Notes: generated by a model not told the origin, from the letters alone. DNA of 64,000 bases from Camelus dromedarius (GCF_036321535.1 NC_087437.1:106394001-106458000), one strand, 5' to 3'. Shown: positions 1-13,435, counted from the first letter of the stretch. A program made the numbers and translations.

Positions 1-9
1 TTGTAAGGG

Positions 10-81
10 AGTCAATAGAGGATTGAACCCAGGACCTTATGCATGGTAGGCATGCACTCTACCACTGAGCTATACCCACCC
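10..81 (-). mobile_element. tRNA-derived camelid-type SINE (Vic-1-like), at window edge
   Basis: Reverse complement gggtgggtatagctcagtggtagagtgcatgcc...ggtcctgggttcaatcc has A and B boxes; same family as the copies at 12334 and 62125. Confidence 0.8.
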
Positions 82-329
82 TGCCGAGAACTTAACATAT
101 TTTCAGTAGCCCTGTGTGCAAGCACATGTCTGTAAAAGTCACGAGAAACAAGGAGAAGAGGGAGATGGGGAGAAAGGATAAGATTTGGGGACTATTATAG
201 GGCTTGCTATATACATTAATTTTAAGGATATACTGTTTGGGGCACAGAGTATCTCTCCTTGAGACAAGCTGGTAAAACCTCTCTAATGAGATCCTGGTTC
301 TATTAAAAAAAAAAAAACAAAACTACCAC

Positions 330-510
330 TGAACATTTACTATGTTCCAGGGGCTTTGCTAAGAGGTCTTCATACCATCTCAACTAATGTGCACATCCTA
401 TCTTTAAGTTAGGAATTGTTATCAGCTTTATTTCACAGACTGGGAAATAGCCTGAGAGGCTCTGTGAGTTGCCCAAAATGACACAGCAGAAATGGAATTT
501 AAACTCTGAT
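330..510 (-). mobile_element. MIR SINE remnant
   Basis: Degenerate MIR motifs: catttactatgttccagg, tttcacagactgggaaa, ttgcccaaaatgacacagc. Confidence 0.65.
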
Positions 511-529
511 CCACATCATTCCAGAATGT

Positions 530-1090
530 GGGATGGTGAGGAAAGTGGAGGTGACTTTGGTTGTCACTATGACTGGAGAAGGAGGGAAGACACTCGTGGC
601 TTTTAGTGGGGATCTGGGATGCTAGATGACATGCATGGGGCAGTCCCACACAAATAAAAATTGTTCCACACTCTATGCAGCTTCCTAAATTCCTGCTGGA
701 CATTTATGTATTTATGACAATGTGAGTCCAAAACTTAAGTCAGCTTTATATATAAACACCAAGCATTTCTGCAACAATTCCTACTGTAGGCTGGATCTCC
801 CTGGAGCTCCCCAATGGATAAAATGAAGAAAGGATGTTTAATTCAGAGCCCCCTTAGCAGTCTGCACCTGTATTTGTCACATCCATTTGGGGGCAGACAC
901 CCGACTGCCATTGTTTCCATGGGAGTCAAGCCTGAACACTCACATGTTAAAACACTTACTATAAATCACGCCCATTATATTGACTTTCCCCTCTAAACTG
1001 TGTCAGTTCATTTTGTTTTAAGATTCATCATTAAGGAGTCCTCTCAAAATATGATAAAAGGAGTGTTGGTCTGATAATGGTGAAAACCAG
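530..1090 (+). mobile_element. hAT-Charlie DNA transposon remnant (MER20/MER20B-like)
   Basis: Contains the MER20-type core ttggttgtcact...tagtgggga...gggatgct...cagtcccacacaa and ends ...gtgttggtctgataatggtgaaaaccag. Confidence 0.55.
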
Positions 1091-1302
1091 AATTCAAACT
1101 CTCTGAGATCTTAAATATTATTGCCTCCAATACTGTCATGTACGAGTTTGCTGTTTATCAGTAACATTCTTTTTTAAACAAGAATAGTAGCTCTTTTGAT
1201 GAGACTCAGTCAATGTAATGACTGTACGCTGGTGAACGATCTAGAGGCGCTCAGTCACGGACTCTGCCCAACCGGGCATCTACCCTGGCTGTACCCAAGG
1301 GC

Positions 1303-1304
<2 letters not shown>

Positions 1305-1342
<38 letters not shown>

Positions 1343-1371
1343 TGTGTGCGTGCGTGTGTGTGTGTGTGTGT
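1305..1371. repeat. (TG)n microsatellite, about 33 units with TA and CG interruptions
   Basis: Directly visible; it produces the VCVC and THTH pseudo-ORFs. Confidence 0.97.
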
Positions 1372-4005
1372 CTGCCTGCAGACTGTCTCGCAGGACCAGC
1401 TCTACCATGTGTGCTGTTAGGAACGTGAGCCCAATGGCCACAAGCCACCTGACACTCTCAGAGCCCACTTCCGAGCAGAAGTGGTGGTCCACGGTGTTGT
1501 GGGGTCTCTCCAAATTGGTTTTGTTCTTCACCTTCAAAAAGCAGATGACTTTGGGGAAAGCACAATATAGTTAATCCAGTCTTCTTTGGATTATTTGGCA
1601 AGTTGGGGGAGGGAAAAAAAATCACAGCTTGCCTCCTAACTTGGACCAAGACTTCTTTACTTCTTAAGTGATGTGGGGGAATTGTTAAGGGGCAGAAGGA
1701 TAAGAAAACAGGGGCAGTGTTCTGTTGACGATGGCATCAGGATTTGGATTTCAAGAAGCGGCTTTAGTGAAATAAAATCGTTTCTTTCTATATTTCTACA
1801 TAAAACAAACAATCAATATTCCTTCCATTTTTTCCCAAGACGAAATGGATCTGTTTGGCTAACATAAACAGCTTGTTTAATGGAATGCATATAATATTTA
1901 ATGGAGACCATATATATATGTATGCATATGAATAAATTCAGAGGCAAGATAAAATGCTTAGGGCATAAAAGGGCAGATTCATTTAACTGTTGGTATTATA
2001 TATACCATTAACATGATAACTGCAAAGTTAAATATACCTCATTAAAGGCAGCAAGGAAACATGCACGCTGATATTCATATATAAAGCAGCTAAGCTCTCA
2101 AGATTTGATTGAGTGAGAAAGGGAAATTTTGAAATTCAGGAAATGCAGCAGCTTTGGGGAAGATACATAATGTTTTCCTATTGTCTTTTGTGCTCCGTGG
2201 CACCAAGCTCATTGCATTTCACTGTATTCACTAAATGTGAAGAGTTAACATGAACAGGGCTGGAATGTCTTTTATGTCTGTGAATTCCACACAGTCCACA
2301 TTTCTAAAAGAGTCATAACATGTAAGAGAAATACCAAGTATTACAACAAACTACGTATTAAGGTCTGTAAATTAATTTTACACTGCTGCTAACTTAGCTT
2401 ATGCTGTTAACGCTCGGAATCTCTTTCCATAAACTTTGTCATAAATTACAATTTGTAGTCCCTATTATTTGTGTGTGTGTTCATAAAAATGACTTAGGTA
2501 AACTCTAAAGTATGTTTTATTCTACTTTTCCAAAATGAATAAATAATAATACATATGAAATAAGAACACTGCATTTATAGAAACTATATATTTGTAAGAG
2601 ATGTGAAAAGGTCTTAAATTATAAGAAAAGGATAGGCAATTCTCTAGAAATTGTAATTTTAGAATCATATTGCAGATAACTTCTCAATGGCAAAGGCAAT
2701 TTTTAAGAAAAAATAGGGTATAATCTATATATTTAACTTTTTAAATAAAAAGCTAAGATTTGGACATAAATGACAAACTACACACTTAACATTATTTGGT
2801 ATAAAAAGGGCAGTGAGGACTGTAATTTCCTATGAAACGAAGTTTGGTAGACTTCAGACATGTTACCTTTTCCTCCATCAATTAAACAACAGCATCCTAA
2901 AGGAAAAGAGGAAATCTTGTGCGCAGCATTCCATTTACAAGCTGAGATTGGACATTTTTCACAAACAACTCTCATTAGAGGCTAAATGATGAAGATTTTA
3001 AATCTATCTACCAGAATCTATCTACCTAAAAAAATAACACAACTAGCATTCCAGTATAATACAATTTAATAAGGAAGTTACCCAGGTCTTTGATAACTAA
3101 ATATCCTTAAATTTTTCCCTCTATGTAAGAATTAGTTTTATAAATGGAAAAGTCTGGATTATTTTTGTATCATAAATAACACTGCTGTTTGTATCTGATA
3201 TTACTAAAAGGTACCTTTTTTTTTCCAATTAATGGAACCAATTTGTGGTGATTACTCATGTTCTGAAAATAGTCTACACAAAAATTTTCAACCATCAAAA
3301 GTTGCTACTTTAACAAAGAAAGTTACAGATAAAATCCTATGTGCTCTTGAAAAACATACTAATTAGTGTCTAGAAATCAAGGTGTTCCTATGCTTCAAAA
3401 TTTATACTTCTGAACATGTAAAAAGATATGGAATAAGAAAAACTAAAGAATTCTCTCTTATAAATAGATATTTGGAAGTTTCTGCTAAGAAATCCCTATG
3501 AAAGAAGGTACATAATCCATTGTGCAAATTTGTTGACAAAGAAAACCTTGCTTTTCTGAATTATCACAGGAAGAAACGTTTAGATCAACGTGCTTCTTAA
3601 TTTTGACAGCTGCCTTGTGTTTAACCTTCTAAACACAAAATTGTGTAACTCTTAAGCAAAATTACATTTCATTACATAAGTGGTTCTCTATCGTTGCCTT
3701 TAACATTTAATGCCATCTGAAATTTAACACACTAGAATAAATAACCAATGCAGATTATTCTGGTGCCTTTCAAACCTCCATTTATGCAGGCCCCATTAAA
3801 ATTTCTCTCTCCACTGAGTGAACTGTGATTTCCGTAATTTCACCACCTGTCTGTTTCCTTTGAAGGTGGGAATTCTAGGCCACGGGCTCATAAACCCTAA
3901 CTGAATATTGTGCTTTTGGAATGAAAGCCACAATATACCCCTCGGTGAGAAAGGAGTTTTAAAGCTTCATAACAAAAGTCATTCCTTAAGAGCATGAGAG
4001 AGCTA

Positions 4006-4308
<303 letters not shown>

Positions 4309-4314
4309 TCATAA

Positions 4315-4545
4315 CAGTACCATGTGCTGTCTGCGGGCACGAATGCAACCACTCAACACGCATGATCTTATTTACAGCCACCAGGTGGGTACCATCATCA
4401 GCTCCATCTTACAGAGGTGAAAACTGAGGCACACGGTAGTCAAGTCACTCGCACAAAACCACAGCTAGCAAGTGCCCCTGGTGGGATCTGAGCCCAGGGA
4501 GAATGGCTTAGACCTTGGCAGATGCTCTGAAGCGCTGCACCACTC
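4315..4545 (-). mobile_element. MIR SINE immediately upstream of the exon 14 acceptor
   Basis: MIR core ctccatcttacagaggtgaaaactgaggcacac...aagtcactcgcacaaaaccacagctagcaagtg. Confidence 0.75.
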
Positions 4546-4558
4546 CCCCTAGTGGTGA
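4540..4558 (-). promoter_or_regulatory. Candidate CTCF binding motif
   Basis: Minus strand TCACCACTAGGGGGAGTGG closely matches the CTCF core CCAC(C/T)AG(G/A)GGGC(G/A). Motif match only, no binding data. Confidence 0.45.
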
Positions 4559-5999
4559 AAGACCTGGAGACGTACCTGGCCATTCCCTTCACCACAAGGC
4601 TCTCCTAGGAAACTGCGGTCACAGAGGAATGGGCAACGTGCTTTGATGGGGCATTTGCAGTGGAATGGGGGCAGTGCACAAGGTACAGTTTCTTCTAGGC
4701 TGGAGGGCACATCCAGCGAATCCTTAGTCTCTCCCCAAACATGTGTGAGGACAAGAAAGGTGTAAGTGATGGGCAGCCTGCTCCACAGTTGCACAGTTCT
4801 CATCGTTTTGCTTTGAGAAAAAAAAAAATCTGTCTTCTTCAAAAGGCTCCCCTGGTGCTACAGGATGTATGCTCTGAGGCAACAAAGAAAAGCCCCTTGA
4901 GCTCAGCTCCAGCCTGGTCTTCTGTGGGATAAACAGCCCCGCCTCCCGACATTTCTCCTGGGATCTCAGACCAGGCATCCTGCCCTCCCCCTCTGCTGGG
5001 ACTCCTTTCAAAAAATACTACCAGTCACTCCTCTTTAAAACTGACTAAACAAAATTAACTTCCTGGAGCATAATCGACATACCTTAAGTTCTTCTAGTGA
5101 AAATTCCCCTATTATACTTGTCATTACTGAAATGCATTTTTTACCGGAAAAAAGAGCTTGTATCAAGTGCAACTGCCCTTTTAAAAACAGTATCACAAGA
5201 TTCGAGAATCTCCTATTACGTTGCCAAAGACTCACCGGGTTTTTCTGTGTGATGTATTTTTTAAAGCTGACTCAGAAATAGCCTATGTGCTATTAACAAT
5301 AATATTCAACAGAATTTTTCACTTTCCAATCACACCTGTCACGAGCTGACTGTGTTATACCTTTCAAATCAATGACTGGTGGTTAGTATTATTGATGTAG
5401 AAAACGAAAAAAATAAAATCAGGATGTAAATTTAATTTCTAACATGTTACTATCATCCTTCACATTCTCTTTTAACTCAACAACACAGAATTTATCTGAA
5501 AAGTTAAAATTCTGTTCAAATATACCTATTAAAGCAATTTGACAGAATAGCATTAAAGTATGAGATTAATATCCATCCATGGAGTTGGTTTTATTGCAAG
5601 ATATTCTTTTAAATGATAAAATCTCAAGCAAATCAGTCCTCTTGAAGTCTAATTTGAGTTATAATATATATCTATTCGCTGTAGCACCATTCTAAGATTC
5701 AATTATTTGATGCTTGCAGTGACCTTCCCCGTACAGATAAAAGGCCCCCATTAGATTTCTTCCAACTTTTTCACATCTTACGGAGTCATAGGTAATGGCT
5801 AATAACTTAGCAATGTCTGCTTTAATAAATTAAGTGGGCATTTCTTTTATATAAATCTTATGCTTGTGACTGTTAAGTTCTTACAATATAAAGAGAGGAT
5901 CTTCTGGAATAATTATTGGTGCTTACATGTTCGTTCATCTTGAGGGAATAACGTTTGCCAGTGGGAAGTGGGATCTGCTCTCGGCCCCACCTGGCACCA

Positions 6000-6831
6000 T
6001 GCTGTTCTTGGTGTCTTTGCGGTATTTACCGTCACTTAACCTCCTCCTCCATCGGGAAATATTTTCTCTTTGTCTTGCATACACAGAACTTGAGCTTGTT
6101 CCCGTGACTTCTCTCAATAGCTCTCTGCTCCTTTTTTCCTATTCTCTTGGTCCCTACCATTTTCTTCTTGTATCTCTTTCTGTCTCTTTCTGCAATTCTT
6201 CATCGGGAAATCCCAACCACTCTTGAAACTCTATAGAAGGACCTCCTACTTTTGGATGAATCTGAAATGTATTTCCCCAGCCCTGACTTCTCCCTCCTGC
6301 TCTAGTGTATGTATTTCTAACAGTCTGCAGGAACCGTCATGAACTTGGATCTTCCATGAGCTTAGTGGGTACCAGACTGAGCCCCTCGCTCTCCTGCCGG
6401 CCGTCCTGTTTTCTAACTGTGGCAGAACTGTTCTCCCAGCCACAGGCTTGGAACCTTCAGAACCATCTGTGACTCTGTCTTTGTGTCCTGTACTTGAATA
6501 ACCGACAACTCCTTTTAAATTCCATTTTGGATTCTCTCTTATCCCCTCCCGCCCCCTGCCCACTGCCCACCTCCCTTCAGCCAGCACTACTTTCAGCCTG
6601 GATAACTGTGATAGCTGTCTCCTCATTGCTCTCCCTAGTTTAATTTTTATCCCTCTGTTCCCCAGATCTTTACCTGATACTGAGGAATGGCTCTGTCCCA
6701 TTTCGGTGGTTCCTCATTTTCTACTGAATTAATCCCAAACTCCTTTGCTAGATATTAAAGGCCCTCTGTGATCTGCCCTGCCCTGCATCTTTCCAGCCAT
6801 GAGATTCACAGCTCTTTGCTGTATACACCTC
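6000..6831 (+). mobile_element. L2 LINE remnant (continues at about 8215-8330 beyond an LTR insertion)
   Basis: Pyrimidine-rich L2 3' region motifs: cccagccctgacttctcc, cccaaactcctt...aaggccctctgtgatctg. Confidence 0.6.
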
Positions 6832-8214
6832 TGATATGGTGATTTATAATAAATATTTGACTTTCATGTAGACACAGAGCTATTAAAACCCTGGGAACCT
6901 CCCAGGTGATGAAAGCTTTAAAGGTGTCTTGTTACATTAATGAGGTGACTTCTGAAAAGCCCCTAGGTTACCTAAGGATAGGCGCTGGTGATCAGGGGAA
7001 CTAACCACATGATTAGAGGGCTGGAACTTTCAGCCCCACCCTAACGGCCAATGATTTAATCAAGCATGCCTATGTAAGGAAGCCTCTGTAAAACCCCAAA
7101 AGAATAGGGTTTGCATTATTTACAAAAGCCAAGATATGGAAGCAACCTAAGTGCCCACCAATGGATGAATAAATAAAGAAGATGTGGTGTATATACACAA
7201 TGGAATATTACTCATCCATGAAAATGAGTGAAGTCTTGCCATTTGCAACAACAGGGATAGACTTGGAAAGTATTATACTAAGTGAAATAAGTCAGTCAGA
7301 GAAAGACAAATACTGTATAATATCGCTTACATGTGGAAGCTAAAGAAGAAAACAAACTAGTGAATATAACAAAAAAGAAACAGACTTACAGATGTAGAGA
7401 ACAAACTGATGGTTATCAGTGGGGAGAGGGAAGAGAGGAGGGATAAGACGGGAACTGGATTAAGAGGTACAAACTACCATGAATAAAATTTATTTAATAA
7501 GCTACAAGGATATATTGTACAACACAAAGAACATAGCCAACACTTTATGATAACTATAAATGGAGTATAACCTTTATAAATTGTGCATCACTGTGTTGTA
7601 CAGTTGAAACTTACATAATCGTGTACAACTATACCTCAAAAAGGGAAGAAAAAAGTGAATTTAGCAAGGCTTCTGAATACACAGTCAATATAAAAAAAAT
7701 CAGCTGTGTTATATACTCACAATAAACAATTAGAAAATAAACATTAAAAAAAATAAGCTATGTTAAAAAAAAAAAGGGTTGGGAGAGCTTCAGGGTTGGT
7801 GAGCAGGTGGCAGGGAGATGTGGGAGAGGGCATGAGAGCTCCAAGCCCCTTCCCACGTACCCTGCCCCGTCCTGCTCTTCCATCTCTTAGTCCTGAGTTA
7901 CATCCTTTTGTAATAAACCAGCAATGTAGTAAGTAAAATATTTTCCTGTGTTCTGTGAGCCATTCTGGGAAATTAATAGACCCTAAGGAGGAGGTGGTTA
8001 GAATCTCTGATTTATAGCCGGTCATCAGAAGCCCAGCTGACATCTAGGACTTGCAATTGGCTGCAGAATCTGAATGCTACCTTCAGGTCGTAGTATGAGA
8101 ACTGGGTTGAACTGTAAGACACACTGCTGAGGTTGGAGAATAGCGTGGTGGTGTGGGGAACACCCTACATATTAACACCACATCTGAATCGGTGGGGTTA
8201 CCCCCAGAGGGGAC
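6832..8214 (+). mobile_element. MER21-like ERV LTR interrupted by an L1 insertion
   Basis: Motifs taatgaggtgact...gattagagggctggaactttcagcccc...ggccaatgatttaatca are shared with the second copy at 44887-45629. The LTR resumes at about 7776 after the L1. Confidence 0.7.
7113..7775 (+). mobile_element. 5'-truncated L1 3' end with an extra segment and a second poly(A)
   Basis: gcattatttacaaaagccaagatatggaagcaacctaagtg... (ORF2 end and 3' UTR) runs to an A-rich tail near 7638-7654. About 110 bp more follow, then an A-tract at 7765-7775. Confidence 0.8.
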
Positions 8215-10939
8215 CATGTGTTCCTCTCAGGATGCCTTTTCCCTCTGTTCCTGCTCCCTGGGAAGCCCATCTCTGCTTATCTGAGCTATATGAACTCTTT
8301 AGAGCCCAGCTTTAATGACCCGTCCTCTACGACTCTCGTCTCAACAACTTTCCGAGGCAGGCACGATTTACCTTTATGGGACAGGCAACTGAGGTGGGCA
8401 GAGATGACTGGATCCCTTCAAGATTCCCTGGCCAGTAAGCATCAGTGCTGAAATCCAGGTCCTGGGCTGCATCACCCCAACCTCCCTGACTCAACCCCTC
8501 CCTATCCAGGCTCCCTCTTTCAGCGCTGGATAGCTCATGTGCAGAGCCAATGGAGAAAGCCCGTACTATAAGCGTGACTGTTCCATAATGTCTTCCACAT
8601 TGATGGGGTTGTAAGCTCACCTACGCATCATTAACCCTAAGAAATCGTTATTGCTTTTGTCCCTTCAAATAGGCATTTCCCAGGCACGGGAGCTGGGGGG
8701 ATCCTGTACCATCTCAGCCACGGCAGTAAAAAAGACAGACTATGGAACTGTCATACTGGAAAATCTCACATCTGCACGTCATCAAATATGCAGCACATGT
8801 CAGGCTGCAGCATATCCTGCTCTCCCTCCCCTTTCTCTTTTATCTCTTACACTGTTGGCAGGAAAATTCCTCCAAATGGCCACTAAAATGTGGAGTCCCA
8901 TGGTGGTTAATTTTCCTGGTTTATTATATTCATTTTCAGAAAATGAGAGAACGAAATTTTCAAGAAACATTACCTTTTTAGCAGAGTGAAAAGCAATTAG
9001 GCTTAAAAATTTTTTTTTGGTACCAAAGCAGAAATCCACGTTCTTGTCTCAGTTTAACGTTGGAGATTTAGAAACAACCACCTTTGGTGAGATTCATTTG
9101 GAATAATGAAGTCAGTATGGTTTTTAAGGGACGAAAAGAGGGTGAAAATGGTGGATTACGGTTAGCTGGAGGAGGATTCAATTTTGTGATCGTAAAATGT
9201 CTAAGGCGGCCACCTACTTCTTGAAATTATTAAGGGCTCAGGATTTTACCAACTGTGAAAACAACTGGCACCAGGCAATTCCTCCTATGAGTAAAACAAC
9301 AACAAAACCCTCCCCCCAAAACCCCCCAAAACCCCAGAGCCAAATGTGATTATCTCATCGTTCATTCTGAGAGAGATTTCATCTTTGAATTTAGTGGTCA
9401 GACTCATCACACAGGAAACCACACTTCTACTATATTGGTGGCCCTAGTGGATTATCTTTTTATCTGAATTAATTTAATATTTCATTACAATGCTTTGATG
9501 GCATATATTGGGATTTCAAAGCTTTTAAGCATCTACATTTGCCAACTGCTGTATTAAACTAAAAGACTAGGCATGTTTCCCCCCAAGACTCTTTATTTTC
9601 CTAAAAGCTATTTGTTATTGCCCCAAATTGCAGTGGTTACCTCTGGAGTCAAATATCTTCTCTAATACCCAAGCACAGGAAGTCTTGAAGTTAAAAGTGG
9701 AAATAAGTAACTGAGTTCAATGATGGTAATATTTAACCTGGAGTTTAAACAATAACAGTGATATTTAATTTCAAATATTAAACATGCAGCGAACCCCACT
9801 GTATGTACACTGCCCTTTTAAAAATGTTTTAAACACGTGTATTTATAATAAAAAAGTGTCTTGAGGGTGTCTATTATAGTAAATAGGAAAAATAAAACAA
9901 AATATCTCATTGTTTTCCTATGATTGACAATATTTAAAGTATTTTAAAGGAAGCAACATCCAAAGAGACACCCAATAGTGATTTCATCTTCAAATGACTA
10001 AAATATTTTGTTTTTGTAGCAGCAAGAGACTTCCATAAGTCATTTTGAGAGAAATGGCCTCATTAAAGGACTACTGAATGGGAAACGGATGAATCCTAGA
10101 TAATTCATCTAATATTCTTCTTTTGATTATTAATCCACTAGCCAGACTTCTAAAAATTTACCTGCCACATTTTAGGGTTTGAGAAAATTAAGTTTTTATA
10201 CATTAAATCAGTTCTTTTACAAGCTTCAGTTGTAATTATTGAACTACGTCTCCCATCCTGTAAATAAATGCACTTGGGGTGGGGAGGAAGCTTCCTTCAT
10301 ATAAAGGAGGTCCACCCTCAGTCTTTTCCCCGGAAAACACGGCGATTAAAGGTCTGATTTGGAGACTGGGGAACGTGCCTAGATGTGCTGGGTTTTCTTT
10401 TTGTATAGAATTGAACCTGCATTAGTATTATCATTTTTTCCCTGTTTTCTGATTCTTCTGGTTCCTGGTGGAAAAATACACATGGAAATTTCCTTTCAAT
10501 TTCGTCTAACAAGAGATTCTCCCATGACCAATTCTTATATTTTAATAGATAATTACTTACGCATCTGAAAATACTGAGGATTACATCTCTGAACAATGCA
10601 TCCCCCACAAATGATACAGCTGCACTGGACTTATTTATAAAAGGGATGTGCCTTTTTCCCTATCAAGCAGTTCTCCCATAAATCAGCTGTCATCCATTCT
10701 AGGCATGCTGTCCACAGCGGGACTATGAGATCAGATTTCATTTTTCCATCGCAGTTCTGTGCGTGTCGGATTCACGCCTCCGTGTGTAACTGCCACGCTG
10801 TTCATTATACTTAACATCACCATGGCCTCTGGAGCTCCCTAAGCCTTGTGCCTTCATCCATACAATTAGGGGAAATTGGATGGACGGTCTCTGTACTTCC
10901 TCCCTGAATCCTGGTGTCTATAACTCTTCTATGTGGGCA

Positions 10940-11060
10940 TCCCCTGAGAGCTTGCTGAAATGTATAATCTCAGGTCCCACCCAGACTTGAGAAACAGAAT
11001 TTGCACGTTTACCGCGACCAGCAGGTGATTCTTAAGCACATGACAGTCTGACCACTGCTA
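10940..11060. mobile_element. MER5A-like hAT MITE remnant
   Basis: gagcttgctgaaatg...ctcaggtcccacccagact...cagaatttgcacgttt...caggtgattct...agtctgaccactgc. Confidence 0.55.
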
Positions 11061-12333
11061 CAAGCTGTACAAAGGCATCACTCCACCATGGCCTCCGGTA
11101 TCCCCTTCATAAGACTAGCCTCAAAACAGAACAAGGTGTGAAAGGTGAGTGTGGCCAGGAAACCGTATTGCCAGAAGAAACTTTGCTCCAAACACCTCAA
11201 AGGCATGTCCTTAGAACCCAACCCACCCTGTTGCCTTGAAGCTATTATTCATGATAAGGCTTCTGAACTAGAAAGCCATAGGAAAGGAAAGACTAGTTAT
11301 GAATTTCCTTTTGTGCCAGACCATTTGTCAGGCAGGAAATTACACAGGAGCCAGAGCAGGAAAAGTGTTCAGGAAAACAGGTCAGTGTTTTTCAGACCGT
11401 AGAAAAAAAATGTGCTTAAATATACAGAGGGCACCAGAGGACATACTTCACTGCTGTGTGCTCCCCTGTGAAGCGTGAATTTCCTTCTAAGCATGGACCC
11501 GCCTATGGTTCAATGGAGCAGAAGTTGTCTGAAATGCTGATTTGGGCGAGAACCTATGTTGGGGTGTTTTGATCAGTGTGTGACTCGTGGGACAGCCAGA
11601 CTGTGATGCCATCGTGTCATGCTGTGATATCTCGATAGCGTGAGATCAACTGCACCAGTGACATCCTTTACATGTCCATTAGCTCATGTGACACCCACGG
11701 CAATCTTCAAGTGGGATCATTACTCCCACTGACAGTTGAGCAAACAGGGACACCCATCCTGAGAAATGTACTTAAGGTTATCAAGTACCAGAACTGGGCT
11801 CTACACCCAAGGATCCTGATATGTGGTACAACCTTCTGTTTCAGGAAAAAACCCACTTTATGGAGGTCATGGCTACTTCGCTTTGCTTAGTAACTAACAT
11901 TATAAAAATACACACATGTCTATCATCACAAGCATCTTGTTTGTTTTGCATACATTGTGATAGATTTGGTAAGTGATGAATTCAATGGTATCTTTTTCTC
12001 CTATGAAGAAACCAAGGTAATCACAGAGCTGCCTGGAGCCCAAGGTCACAGAGCTTCCTGATGGTGGAGCAGAGCTGGAAGGCCATGTGGTTCTCAGATG
12101 CACAACCAGGAACTGGTCCCTTCTCTAAGTGAGACTTTCCCCGTCACTTCCGTTTTGATGGTCCACCCTCAACAGAAGTTTCCCCTCTGAACACCTGTCT
12201 CCTATGTCCTTAGATTTCCCTTTTTTCTTGTAGACTGGCATAAATACGAGAGCTACATGAACTGTTACCAGGTTTCACAAATTCTGAGTCAAATTTAAGA
12301 TAATTTAGGCTCCTTTGGATTTTGAGCTATTTA

Positions 12334-12434
12334 TGTATGTATTTATTTTTTTAAATGGAGGTCCTGGCGGTTGAGTCCAGGACCTCCTGCATGCTAAGCA
12401 TGTGCTCTACCACTGAGCTCTACCCCCTTTGCCA
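12334..12434 (-). mobile_element. tRNA-derived camelid-type SINE with 11-bp TSD
   Basis: The body matches the copies at 10-81 and 62125. TSD tgagctattta at 12323-12333 and 12435-12445. Confidence 0.88.
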
Positions 12435-13269
12435 TGAGCTATTTAAAAGGCTGAATGGTGGACTGACTACACATGCAGTCACCCCAAATATCCCTTTTTC
12501 ATCAATGGTGCAGGGACTGGAATCGTCAGTGACCAAGACTGAAACAGCACTGTATGATGCTGCTCTGTTTTCCAACGTGAGGAAAACATGAGGCATACTA
12601 TCACCAAGCAATACTGTTCCACAAATCTAGTTTTAATCTTGACCTCCAGGAAACTGGGTCAGTCGTCTTATTTTCGTCAACACTATCAATCTCGAAAATC
12701 TCTCACAGTCCCAAAATTCAGACTCCACGTCTGAATCTGGCTTTATTTTTCTTTACTAAGTTTCTCGGACATGGATTTTAAATGGGACACGCTTTGTCCA
12801 CTTATGGCAACGAACTCCCCCCCGGAGGGGACACAAACATGGCTACACATCCCTTGGGAGAACATTCCTTACTGCGTGTGACATTTTCCTGAAGCATCAC
12901 TTGTCTCGCTTAAGACTGAGGGCATGAAGAAGTGCCTCTTCATTCAAGATGAATTTCCTTTTGACTTTCAAACAATGTAGATCAAACAACTTAGATCTAC
13001 CAATGGCCATCAGAAATCCAAATAAAACTCAGCCAGGCTCCCTGGCTTCTAAAAAAAAAAAAACAGAGTCAAGAGTTCCTTCTTCGTATTTACTTGTGGA
13101 ACTTGTGCTCATGTCCCGATCTTGTTTCCAACTACATCAGGAGTTCTGGTCCCACCTGGGTAATCGGAAGCCTGAGCAATCCCGAGGGAAAAAAATCTTC
13201 TGAAGTTTAGACTACAAACCACGTTTACCTATTACAGAAAGAACCCCCAGGTATGCTGTGCTGAGGCTA

Positions 13270-13435
13270 TAATTCGCGCACATGAAAATAAACGTCTTTG
13301 TTTTGAGGAAACACGGTGAAGCATTTAGGTGTAAAGACCAGTATGTCTCCAAGTTACTTTCAAAAAAAAGGCATTTTGTGTGGTAATTTCAGAACTTCCT
13401 CTAAGTCTGGAATTACACTGAAATAAAAAGTTCAG
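13270..13435 (+). mobile_element. Ancient L1 (L1MC/L1ME-like) 3' end remnant
   Basis: tgaagcatttaggtgtaaag...ttactttcaaa...aacttcctctaagtctggaatta...aaataaaaagtt. Confidence 0.45.

Noticed and set aside
1196..1574. ORFs with VCVCVC or HTHTHT repeats
   Set aside because: They are translations of the (TG)n microsatellite, not genes.
3001..3026. Short direct repeats (aatctatctacc x2; also cagaaatatatt x2 near 41294-41318) as array-like elements
   Set aside because: Only two units each, consistent with ordinary slippage duplications. There is no CRISPR-like or other periodic array anywhere in the window.
6246..6701. Longest ORF in the track (151 aa)
   Set aside because: It is the antisense reading of a decayed L2 element, with no recognisable protein features.
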